Origin: Eledone cirrhosa
Lineage: Eukaryota
Length of the DNA: 64,000 bases
Assembly (NCBI GenBank): GCA_964016885.1
Contig: OZ024741.1
Location: 239,072,001-239,136,000, forward strand
Direction: 5' to 3'
In this document: piece after piece, positions 53,161-64,000 of the stretch
Layout: every line of letters starts with the position of its first letter
How positions within the stretch are numbered: the first letter of the stretch is position 1
The notes under the pieces: generated by a model
Told to the model about the DNA's origin: nothing
Seen by the model: the letters and a program-made list of their open reading frames with translations, nothing else
Database searches by the model: none
Position numbers and translations under genes: made by a program

Positions 53161-55925
53161 ATCATCAACATCATCATCTTCGTTTAACGTCCATTTTCCA
53201 CGCTAGCATGGGTTAGACGGGAGTTGTCCCACTTGAGGCAAGGCTGGTCGGGTGACTGTGTCTCGCTCATATAGAACTATCTGGCAGGTTTTCTATGGCT
53301 GGATGCCCTTCCTAATACCAACCCCATTTACAGTGTGGAACTGGGAACTTTTTACCGTGTTACCTACACGGCCACATTACAGCGTGGACTGTGTGTGTTT
53401 TTTTTTGTCGTGACACCTACACGATCTCAATCTCATTTTCTCGTGCTGTTGGTGGGAGTGGGAGGATAGGGTAGGGGTAGTGGATTGGGGTGTATATTTG
53501 GTTAAGAGGTGCCTACTGACTGTAGGTTTCGCTTTGTCCATAGGCAGAGTGGGTCTTCTCTATTACTGCGTAGTGCCAAAGATCTCAGTCCAGAGACATT
53601 GTCTTAGAGAGATGTAAGTGTGTGAGGTGAGAATTTATCAGATCATCCCAGGTTTTTCTGGGTCTACCTACTCCGTAACTACCATCAATTTTGATCGCCC
53701 TGCACTTTTTTATGCAGCTGTCGTCTTTCATGCGCATCACGTGACCATACCAACGTAGTCTTCTCTCAAGTAAACAGCATCTGTTCCCTCTTATTCCTAA
53801 TTTTTCACTTAGTTCATTTATGCTTTGCCGTTCACGTATATTACTATTACACATCCAATGGAGCATGCATGCTTCGTTCCTTTCCAGTCTAAGCAGGTCC
53901 TCTGCACGTAATGCCCAAGTCTCACTGCCATGTAACATTGCTGTTCGTATACAGGCATCATACAATCTGCCTTTCATTTTTAGAGAGAAACCTTTTGTGG
54001 CCAACAGCGGTATAAGCTCTCTGAACATTTTCCATCCCATTCTGACTCTGGCTACTGTACTTTCAGAACACCTTCCACCACTGCTGATTTCGTCACCCGG
54101 GTAACGGAAAGTGTCTACTATTTCTCTAGAAACATCTGGGCAATGGAAGGAGCTAGTATCCTTTGGACACTTGCTACTTATTGCACCTGAGCATTGGTCA
54201 CATATAAAGTCTATGTTCTTAGATAGTTTACCTGTGATCTCACTACATCTTTTATGTACCCATACTTTGCATTTGGGACATAAAATGGAATTTCTGCCTA
54301 CTCCTTTCCTACACACTGAGCATGGCCATTTCCCTGAGGGAACCTGTGCCCTGTTTTCCTTTCTACAAACTAGAAATTTAATCTTAGACAAAAGGCCTTT
54401 TGATTCTAGGCCATGCTTCCATGTTTCGAATTTCTTCTCTAGTTCAGCCATTGATTCAGCTATGAGCGTTAGATCATCTGCGTATAGGAGTTCCCATGGG
54501 CAGCTGGTCTTGAACTCCTCTGTATAAATAATAAATAAGAGGGGGCTAATGACAGAGTCTTGATGAACGCCAACTTTTACACTAAATTCTTCACAATATT
54601 CATTGTTAATTCTAACCTTACTGACTGTTTCATTATGCATAGCTTGTATAGCTCTCACAAGCCATTCATCTACACCTAGTTTTCTAAGAGCCCACCAGAT
54701 AATGGAGCGGGGGACTCTGTCAAAAGCTTTCTCCAGGTCTATAAAAGCTAAGTAGAGGGGTTTACTTTTAGCTAGGTACTTCTCTTGTAGTTGTCGTACA
54801 AGGAAAAGAGCGTCTGTGGTACTTTTACCTGACACAAACCCAAACTGCATTTCATCTAGATCAATTCGCTCTCTGATTAGTTGCGCTATAACTTTTTCTG
54901 TGACCTTCATGACCTGGTCAACTAACTTAATGCCTCTATAGTTTCCCCTATCTAGAGCATCCCCTTTACCCTTGTAGTAGTTAATGATGATGCTGCTATG
55001 CCAGTCTTTTGGTATGACCCCATTCTGTATTACTTGGTTTACTATCTGGGTGACCATAGTGTGTCCCACCATACCAGATGCCTTCAACATCTCAGCAACT
55101 ATCTCCGAAGGCCCAGCTGCCTTGCCTGTCTTCATATCTTTGATTGCCTTACTTATACTACCTTTAACTTGCACCGCTGGTCCTTCTATTGGACCGATTT
55201 GGGGCAGACTATCTTTTTCCCATTTATTCTCCTTATTTAATAGTCCCTCGTAGTGACACTTCCAGGCTATCTTCTTATCAGTATCAGTGAGCGCAAGTAC
55301 ACCATTATCATTACGGACACACTTCTGCCCGACAATATCACGATTTTCCTTGACACATCGTCTAGCAATCCTGAACACCTCACGTTTTTGGTCCTCACGT
55401 TGCAGAACATGCTTGAACTTTCTATCCTCTGCTACCCCTCTGTCGTTGAATACGTCTATTCCTGACTATGAGCTCACTAACTACTAGGCTATGTTGGGAG
55501 GTGCATTCTTCACAGGGGAGGGATTTAGTGTTTACAATAGACATTTTGTCCCGTCTTCTAGTAAGGATATAATCTATCTGGCTGGTGTGTTCCCCTGATC
55601 TATAGGTGATCAAGTGGTTTTCACGTTTTTTTAAGTTTGTGTTACAGATAGTTAGGCTATTTGCGTCACAGAATACCAGGATTCTGAAGCTCTCCTCATT
55701 TCTATTTCCAACCCCATAGGCTCCATGGATTCCATCATAGCCATCACTGTGTTGTCCAACGTGACCATTTAGATCGCCAGCAATAATTAAGTAGTCACTG
55801 TCGGTTATTTGGGAGGTAGTGTGCATTAGCATCTCATAGAACCTGTCCTTTATAACATCAGGTAGACCAGATTGGGGTGCATAAGCAGATATTATTGTCA
55901 CAGTAGTTCTATTTAGAACTAGTCT
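53160..55925 (-). mobile_element. RTE-clade LINE (partial APE endonuclease + RT + 3' UTR ending in (GAT)n), 5'-truncated with internal deletions
   Basis: SAYAPQ, GDLNGHVG, SQIDYIL, SQHSLV (APE); KAAGPS, GNYRGIKL, QFGF, DLEKAFDRVP, YADD, HGSETW, LRWYGHV, GRPRKTW. Confidence 0.92.
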
Positions 55926-56004
55926 TAATTCAATTATTATATATATATATATATGTGTGTGTACATACACATACATCCCACATACACATATATGTATATA
56001 TATA

Positions 56005-56535
56005 TAAAGATGTTCTAACCAGGAAGGGTATGGCATGGTCAGCATGCAATGACATGCACGCCATATGGACATCTCAACTTACCAACAAGCTAAAACTGGA
56101 AATATTCCAAGCAACCATTAAGCCCATATTACTTTATGGATCTGAAACTTGGACACTAACATCACAACTTGAGAGGAGATTGGATGGCACATATACCCGC
56201 CTCTTAATGAGAGTGCAAAACCTATCCCAGAAACGACATCCCACCTTGTCTAAAATCTATGGCAAACTCCCTCGAGCCTCTACCCTTCTAAAATCCCGGA
56301 GAGCTCAATTTGCTGGCCACTGTCACCGTGCCAACAATGAAATCATATCCGCTCTCTTGCTCTGGAACCCTGACTCCAGCCTGACTAGGAGTAGGAAGCT
56401 GTCATTCCCTGACGTTATCTCTAGGGATACGGGAATCAGTAGACAGGACCTGGGGGCAGCGATGAGGGATAGGGGATTCTGGGGCATGAGAGTGAGATCC
56501 ATCATCTCGACAGTAGTCGACGAGTGATGATGATG

Positions 56536-56537
<2 letters not shown>
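56005..56537 (+). mobile_element. 3' fragment of a different RTE/RTEX-type LINE in (TA)n
   Basis: ILLYGSETWTLT...RLDGTYTRLLMRV...RRAQFAGHC, with the stop codon running into (TGA)n. Confidence 0.8.
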
Positions 56538-56568
<31 letters not shown>

Positions 56569-56880
56569 ATATATATATAAATACAATGATGGTGATGAAG
56601 ATTAAAAGCTAAAAGATACAAAACAATTGTTTTGGAACTCTTAGCTTTTAATCTTCATCAACATCCTTTGATGTCCACTGTTCTCTGTGAGCAAGGTTTG
56701 GATGGATTATCACAGACACAGTCAGTACTTAGCCAGAACCACTGCCATCTCGAATGGTCAGCAGGCCAGGGTACATTTCAGTTACATATTTTCCCTTACT
56801 CTGCAGAGTGTATTGGATGTGTTTTATTGTGGCCCCAACCCAAGGGTTGTTATTATGTTTTTGACATAACTGGAGAAATG

Positions 56881-56926
<46 letters not shown>

Positions 56927-57946
56927 CATAAGGGATATTCAATTTGTTGGTAATTTTTAATATCATTGTATATATATATATAGGTATATATATATATATA
57001 TATTCACAAAGTATATGTTGGCTTGCTTTTATTTTAACATCAATTTTAACATGGTTTTCTTCTATAGGACATGATGTTTATATAAAGATGTGTCTTCTGA
57101 ATTATACTATTTTTGTGTAAGTATATTGCTATATTGAAACATATAAATATAATCACACACCCACACACATGCACATAGACATACATTCACATATAGATTA
57201 TATTTCATAAATTTTTATTAAAATTTGAAATATTTTTACTTAAACATCACTCTTATTATAAGCACTCAAACCATATGCCTGTGTCAACTAATAGGGGCCA
57301 GATAGATTTAATTGCAAGCAGCCTTTTGTATTTTGTGACTGTGAAACTAGTTCACCAATTATGATCTAAAATATTTGGATAAACCTTATGAATTATCAAA
57401 GCAATGTTAGTGCTTGAAATTTGAAAATGTAAGCCTTTCCAACTGCATAAAATAACTGTTAACACAGTAACTATAGATAACAGTTGAGAAAATTGAGTTA
57501 ATTACCCATAGAGATAGGGGAAAAGGCGTCAGACACATCTACATGCTTTTGACCACTTTATTCCATCTCTATTTGTAATTTACCCAATTTTCACAATTAT
57601 TATTTATAGTGAACAACTGTTATTACAGTTATTTTCGTATTTGGGATGCTCCCATTTTCAAATAAAATAAGTGATTTATCAATAGGGAAATTTATAGAAT
57701 TCACACCAAGTATTGCTATAACAGCATGCAAGAGTCAACATCAACATCGACATCATCATTTAACATCCATTTTCCACGTTAACATGAGTGCATTTTAGCT
57801 ATTAAAAAAAAATCACTTTACAGCCGTCATTTATTTCATGGTGTCCAAATAATTTCCATTGTGCCCTTTCCTTTCTGGTCACTAAAAAGATTCCACTGAA
57901 AACCAAATATTGTGTAATAGAAAGAATATTAAAATATAAGACTTAC

Positions 57947-60325
57947 CGTTATAGATTTTGGTAGTGTTCTAACTAAAGTTGCAGTTTTCCAGTCTTTACT
58001 TGAGCTTTCTTCTGGGTAAAACTGGTTCGATGATATAATGGAGGGACTATTAGTGTTGAGCATATCTTCTGGATTTTTTGGCACAACTATAGGATTGTTA
58101 GTTTGGTATATTAACTGTTTCATTTCTGCTCTAGAATGATACTGAGAATTCTCACGAATCCTGGCAGAATTATTTCGAGTATTGGTGCCTCTGATAAAGC
58201 ACAGTGTCACAGAAACCACAATAGCTACAGATATTATTACAGCTGCTGCTACAATGATAATTACCCAAGTCATATTTAGGTTGTTACCAGACTGTAAATG
58301 GACAGCAGTCAACATTGGTGATGTCTTGTTACTAACAGTCAGTGTTAAAGAGACACTAGTTGTTGCTGACAGAACTGGAGTACCACTGTCTTTTACAACA
58401 AAGTCCAGTTGATATGATCCGGCATCATTTTGGTAAACTGTGCGAGAGTAAGATAAGACACCAGTAAATGAATCCAGTTTAAATAATTGTCTCTCATTAC
58501 CTGAAAGGATTTCATACCTGAGAAAAGCATTATTTCCATTGTCCCTGTCTGAAGCTCTCAGGACAGTGATGTCATTCTTACTTTGTGGATGATAGTGGAC
58601 ATCAAGAGTGAAAGGGTCAACACTAGGAAATGTAAAATATGGAGCATTATCATTTTTATCCAATACTTCCACTTCAACATTCACTGTGTTATTTAGAGAT
58701 GGTGTTCCATTGTCTTTTACAAAAACCTCAAAGTCATAGAAATCTCTGTGTTCTCTGTCTAAAGACTGGTTTGTTGAAATAAAGCCATAGTTAGAAATTT
58801 GAAAGGGAATTGGATTCCTTTTCTTGCCCAGTAAAGAATATGTCAATCTACCAGCTGACCCTAGATCGGGATCAGTGGCATTGATAAAGCCAATAGGAAA
58901 ATTTGGTTTTTCATTTTCATATGTTAAAAATTTAAACATTCCTTTATTAAATTGTGGTCGTTCATCATTGGCATCAGTGACCTGAAGAGAAAACATTTGG
59001 TCTGTTTTAAGAGATGGGAAACCTTCATCTTGACAAGTAATCAAAACATTATAATAGTCTTGTGTCTCTCTATCAACAGGACTTTTCATTACTATTTTAT
59101 ATTCTTTAGACTCCATAGACACAAGCTGTAATATATTATGATGGAGGTTACAGCTGACCTGTCCATTATAGCCAACATCATTGTCAGTGACCATTACATA
59201 AGCAATGAAACTACCAACTTTGGTATCTTCAGAAATGGTAGCTGTATTGTCATTGAGTGCAGAAACATAATCTATATCAATAGATGGAGGGTTGTTGTGT
59301 TGATTGATAACATTTACCAGAACTGTTGCAATAGAACTGAGAGGAGGACTGCCTCCATCTCTGGCTTCAATGTAGAGCTGGTATGTTAATTTAGTATCCA
59401 GATTGGGACTTTGGGTTGAAAAAATCTTGCCTGTAGTGCGATCTATTTGAAATTCTCTTTTAGCCCTTTCCGAAGTCATTGGGCTGAAGTAGTAAGAAAT
59501 CTTATTATTCTGACCAATATCAATATCTGTGGATGATAGAGTGAGGATTGGAATATTCTTGCTATGTGTGGTTTTGATGGATACATTGTAAATATTTCTA
59601 GAAAATACAGGTCGATTGTCATTCTCATCATTAACTATTATTTTCACATTCAAAACACTCTGCCTTGGTGGAGAGCCTTCATCTTTAGCCACAACAGCGA
59701 TGTTATACATATCTTTCACTTCCCGATCTAACTTCTCTTCTAAAACAATTTCTAACATTGAAATTCCATCAGCTCTTCTTGTTACCAACAATGAAAATGG
59801 CTCATTTTTCATTGTTGATAAAAAATATTTGATCATGTGATTGTTAAAGCCAACATCTTTATCAATGGCATTTGATATAGACTTTTTCATTCCCTTTCCA
59901 TCTCCTTCATCAAATTGTAATGAAATCTCCTTCATGGGAAACTCTGGTTGATTGTCATTGATGTCTTCTATAATTACTTTCACTTTTAGTATCTTTATAA
60001 ATGATTTTCCCTTCCTCACTGCTACTTTAACAATTCTGAAACATTCCTTGTTATATGTACACAGTGACTCAGCATCCAGTGTCTGTGTAGTGTATAGTTT
60101 TCCTGTGTTGGTGACATTGAATAAGTGAGAACCACTTGACACTTTCCTTTGTAGTTGTGTAAATGTAATAAGAGTGTGTTGATGTGTGGGAGAGTGTGTC
60201 AAGTTAGAATCAGTAGCAATATCTCCTATATATGTATGAGGACTTTCTTGTTCATTAACGTGGTATGTAATGTCCATGCATAGGCAGAATTGAAATAACA
60301 GTATAGATATGTATTCTACAAACAT
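57947..60325 (-). CDS. Protocadherin large coding exon (signal peptide, EC1-EC6, TM, proximal cytoplasmic tail); continues after an intron
   Basis: 793 uninterrupted codons from the ATG at 60325. Cadherin motifs: LDAESLC..KEC, DINDNQPEF, LDRE, DENDNRPVF, VDRE, DANDERPQF, LDRE, DKNDNAPYF. Hydrophobic TM WVIIIVAAAVIISVAIVVSVTLCFI. Donor ACG|GTAAGT at 57947/57946 is phase 0, so the ORF-track tail VSLIF is intron read-through. Confidence 0.95.
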
Positions 60326-60379
60326 ATTTCTGTGCACAGTTATGTTGTATGAGAGAACTGTTAAAACTGTCAGATCATT

Positions 60380-60415
60380 CTGAAAAACATGTAAATGAAT
60401 AAGAAAATAAACTTA
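60380..60415 (-). promoter_or_regulatory. Splice acceptor (polypyrimidine tract + CAG) for the protocadherin exon; exon starts at ~60379, 54 nt before the ATG
   Basis: Minus strand reads TTATTTTCTTATTCATTTACATGTTTTTCAG|AATG, implying a non-coding upstream exon that was not located. Confidence 0.6.
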
Positions 60416-63244
60416 ATTATATTCCAAAATAAATTCTTGACTTTATTTCTAAAGAAAAAAAGAAAAAAAGAGAAAGAAAGAAAAGTTCTGAAAATAAGTC
60501 TAAATATGTTCCCACTTCCTTTCATCTGCTATTGATTTTTGAAAACAGACTTTTTTTATATTGTTGTGAGATTTCCCTCCAGCATATTGATATTTTAAAC
60601 ACAGAACTTGACTTATAGAAGGAAAAAATGTTGTTTCTCAGGAAATAATTGGCTATGATGCATTCTCTGCCATGTTCATAATGACTGCAGTGGAATTATA
60701 ATTACACAAGTCAACTCTGCTAAACTTCATATGATCAGAAATAAAGTTAGCTCCCTTGTATTCCAGTCACTATAAAGATTCTTATTTATGCAAGAAAATA
60801 TTATTTCATTAAATATTTCAACAACCCCTTTGTTTATTCTTAAAGCATTTCCTATTATTTAATTAATGGATTATTTTATTTCCAATAAATAAAATAAAAT
60901 CTTTAATTGAAACTACAGTAGGAAAAATCAGTTGTTTTAATTCTTTCTAAACTTTACTACAAACTAGATTATAAGGTATTTATGATTATTTTTATTTGTT
61001 TTAGGAGATTTGGGGGACGGTTAATGGCTTAATTAAAGGAGGAAGGTAAATGCCAATGACTCCTTTTTCAGAGCCTCAGTGACTTGTAATAGGAAGGCAA
61101 TAAGTTATCCTCAGATCAGAGAACTGGTTTAACTCTTCATACCAACCGACCCAAAACTGCCTCAATTCTATGACAAATTTCTTATTTTAAATTATTTAAA
61201 TTTAAAAATAATGTTAGGAAAGAATATTTTTGTTAAGCTATGTACTGAAATCCAACTTATTAATATGGTTGATTATTTTACTAAATCCCTTTGAATTGTT
61301 GATTATTAATAAAATTAATTGAAAAGTATAGCTGATGCATTTCATTAGCAATATGGTAATAAAAGGTTTAAATATGCAACAAAATGTATTCCTTTAAAGG
61401 CATCTAACATCCAGATAGTGATGTTTAGGCAACAGTTAAGGCAGTTGAAACAGCCAAAACAATAGTATGGCCTTGGTGTTGGTTAACTACCTTACTATTC
61501 TAAGATCAAATCCCACTGAAATAAAGTATGTCTTCCTGGGTCATTAGAAATAACTTGTTTACCTCTTCCCCCTCATACAGAATTGAACTTAAATCTTGTC
61601 AAAATAAATATTAACTTTTTAAATTCTGTAATAATCTAATAGAACAAGTTTGTTGATTCAAATGTTTCTGGCATTTTTGCTAAGTGGACAGATTGTGAAA
61701 ATTTGCAGTAAACTAAAAACTTTCATTTTTAATGCACAAAAAATGCTGTTTTGTACTTTTCAAGAATATCTTGCTAATGTGATTTCATGTGGTACAGGAT
61801 GTTAAGTGTTAATGAACAAGGACCAGGTTATAATTATTTATATAATAACTTAAGTTAACAAGTTAACTTAGTAGTCTGTCTGAGTGGTCAGTAGTTCCAC
61901 TTGAGTACTGGCTTGGTCTATGACAACTTGTCCAACCCTTGCTAGCAGGGAGAACTGACATAAATGATGATGATAGTAATGATGATGTAGAAAGATGGTG
62001 AATGGCAGAATCGGTAGAGTGTCAGACAAAACACCTTTTGGTATTTAGTTATATTTCATTACATTCTTGGTTCCCATGCTGTCATAGCAGATTTCATATT
62101 TTATCCTTCTAGTGTCAGTAAATAAGTACCTGTTATGTATTGGGGGAAGGTAACTAAACAGACTACATTCCATCCACAAATCTTTGTGGCCTTATGTCTA
62201 TCTTAGAGAAAATGTATTTAAAGTAAGATCAGTCAGAATATCTGAATGTATAAAAAGATTTAGTTGATCATATCGACTCCAGTATTTATTTGTTCAAGTC
62301 GTCTTCTACTTATTTCATCAATCTGTTTTTGTTGAACCCCTAATTTATGGGATATTAACACAAATACACACACAAATGTAAACACAGAGATAAGCACAGA
62401 CACACACACAGACATATATATATATATATATATATATATACTTTAGATTTCTGTATTTTCTGTCGACAAATTATATTGGAAGATTTTAATCTAAATAGGA
62501 ACCCTTTAAAATTGATGTTTATTTCTGTAAAACCAGGGGCGATTTTGGGCAAGTTGGTTTCAAAGGGGTTAATGATGGTAGAAGTAAATAAGATGCTCAC
62601 AGGTAATGAGTTCAAACCCACCACAGATGTATTGTTGTTTCTGAGAAAACAACCTCAGTTCATTTACTTGTTTATTTTTATATCACAATAGGTGCACAAT
62701 AGCTTCATTGGTAACAGTTTCCAATGGGTCAATCTGAGGTTTCCGACAGTAAGAGTGACAAATGAGCATCTGTTACTCAGTGCAAAACAAATATCACAAA
62801 GGACTTTATGCAAAGAGCATTGTTTTGGGGAATTTTTTCCACACCAGTGTCAATGTTTCTTTTACTGAAATATATATTCATACATGTGGGGTACTAGAGG
62901 AGGGAGTGTGTGAGAGTGTGTGTGTACATTGAACCTACATACAGTTTCTATCAACCAAGTTTCATTCAAAAGGTATTGCTGAATCCAAAGCTATGGTTGA
63001 AGATACTTATCCATTGTATTGAGCAATGAGATCAAACCTTGAACTATGTAGTTGGACAATGAACTTCTTAACCATACAGCCATGCCTGTTTTTGAGAAGA
63101 GTTACCAGAGATTCAGAAAACTCTATCTCTGGAAGAATGATGTCTTATCCAGAAATGTATCTTGCGTCTATTCAATGCCTTGAAACTGAAATTAAACACT
63201 GGCCTATAAAAGCCTATCAAGGAGAAGAAGGTATTTATTTTCAA

Positions 63245-64000
63245 ATAATAATAATGGTTTCTGATTTAGGCACAAGGCCGACAATTTTGGGCGGATGGGA
63301 AAGTCGATTAAATCAACCCCAGTGATTCAGGATTGGTGGGGTACTTGAGTCGCCCCTGGATAGTTCTCCTCCGCCCCCTATTGGGGAATTCTGTTGTTTG
63401 TTACTTTATTGTTTATTGTTATTGTTTTATTTATTTTTTACTCGATTGTTTTGGAAACCCCCTCTCTCCCTGTTTTTTTGTATTGTCCCCTATAGGTAGG
63501 CCCTTGTGGCCAATAAAGAAAGAATTATTATTATTATTATTGTTATTATTAAAGGTGGTGGATTAGCAGTATCGGTAGAGGGTCGGACGCCATGCTTTGC
63601 AGCATAGTTACGTCCCTTTACGATCTGAGTTCAAATCCCGCCGAGGTTAACTTTGCCTTTCATCCTTACGGAGTCGATAAAATAAAGTACCAGTAATGCA
63701 CTGGGATAATTGCTGGCCTTGTGCCTAAAGTAGAAACAATTATTATTATGGTGGTGGATTGGCAGTATCGGCAGGCATCAGACGCCATGCTTTGCATCAT
63801 AAAGTTATGGCCCTTTATGTTCTGCCAAGGTTAGCTTTTCCTTTCATCCTTATGAGGTCGATACAATAAAGCACCAGTAACGTACTAGGGTCGATTTAAT
63901 CGACTCCTCCCCCCCCCCCGCCAAAAAAAAAATTACTGGCCTTGTGCTTATATTAGAAATCATTATTATTATAGATCAGGGCGGTGGATTGGCAGTCTCG
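63245..64000. mobile_element. SINE-A cluster (four copies or fragments) plus an unrelated retroelement-like 3' end (63335-63527)
   Basis: SINE-A motifs at ATT-rich sites. 63490-63527 ends GCCCTTGTGGCCAATAAAGAAAGAA, similar to 47115-47146. Confidence 0.75.

Noticed and set aside
49118-53177. 1183-aa and 466-aa His/Tyr/Thr-rich ORFs
   Set aside because: The minus strand of the repeat unit has no stop codon in any frame, and the translation drifts among all three frames (HHITVYI / TTSQSIY / PHHSLY). This indicates no coding constraint.

Overview
This is AT-rich eukaryotic DNA, not prokaryotic. The coleoid-type protocadherin and the repeat families point to an octopus or other coleoid cephalopod (inference). 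The only clear host gene is one large protocadherin coding exon (minus strand, 60325-57947): signal peptide, six cadherin repeats, a transmembrane helix and the start of the cytoplasmic tail, ending at a phase-0 GT donor. Its downstream exons could not be identified. The other ~58 kb is nested mobile DNA: two decayed restriction-like-endonuclease (R4/Dong-type) LINEs, a CR1/L2-type LINE, a CRE-type RT fragment, RTE LINEs (one with a PHD-like finger after the RT core), a Penelope-like element with ~780-bp inverted ends carrying minimal hammerhead ribozymes, two tRNA-derived SINE families, a three-unit Helitron array, TTAA-flanked MITEs, long (TA)n tracts and a 4-kb minisatellite. The two most interesting patterns are (1) a tail-less SINE that inserts at ATT-starting sites with target duplications up to 18 bp and builds chains, possibly mobilised by the RLE LINE, and (2) several (TA)n-embedded fold-back elements built around hammerhead-like cores. 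All alignments were done by eye; no database searches were run.
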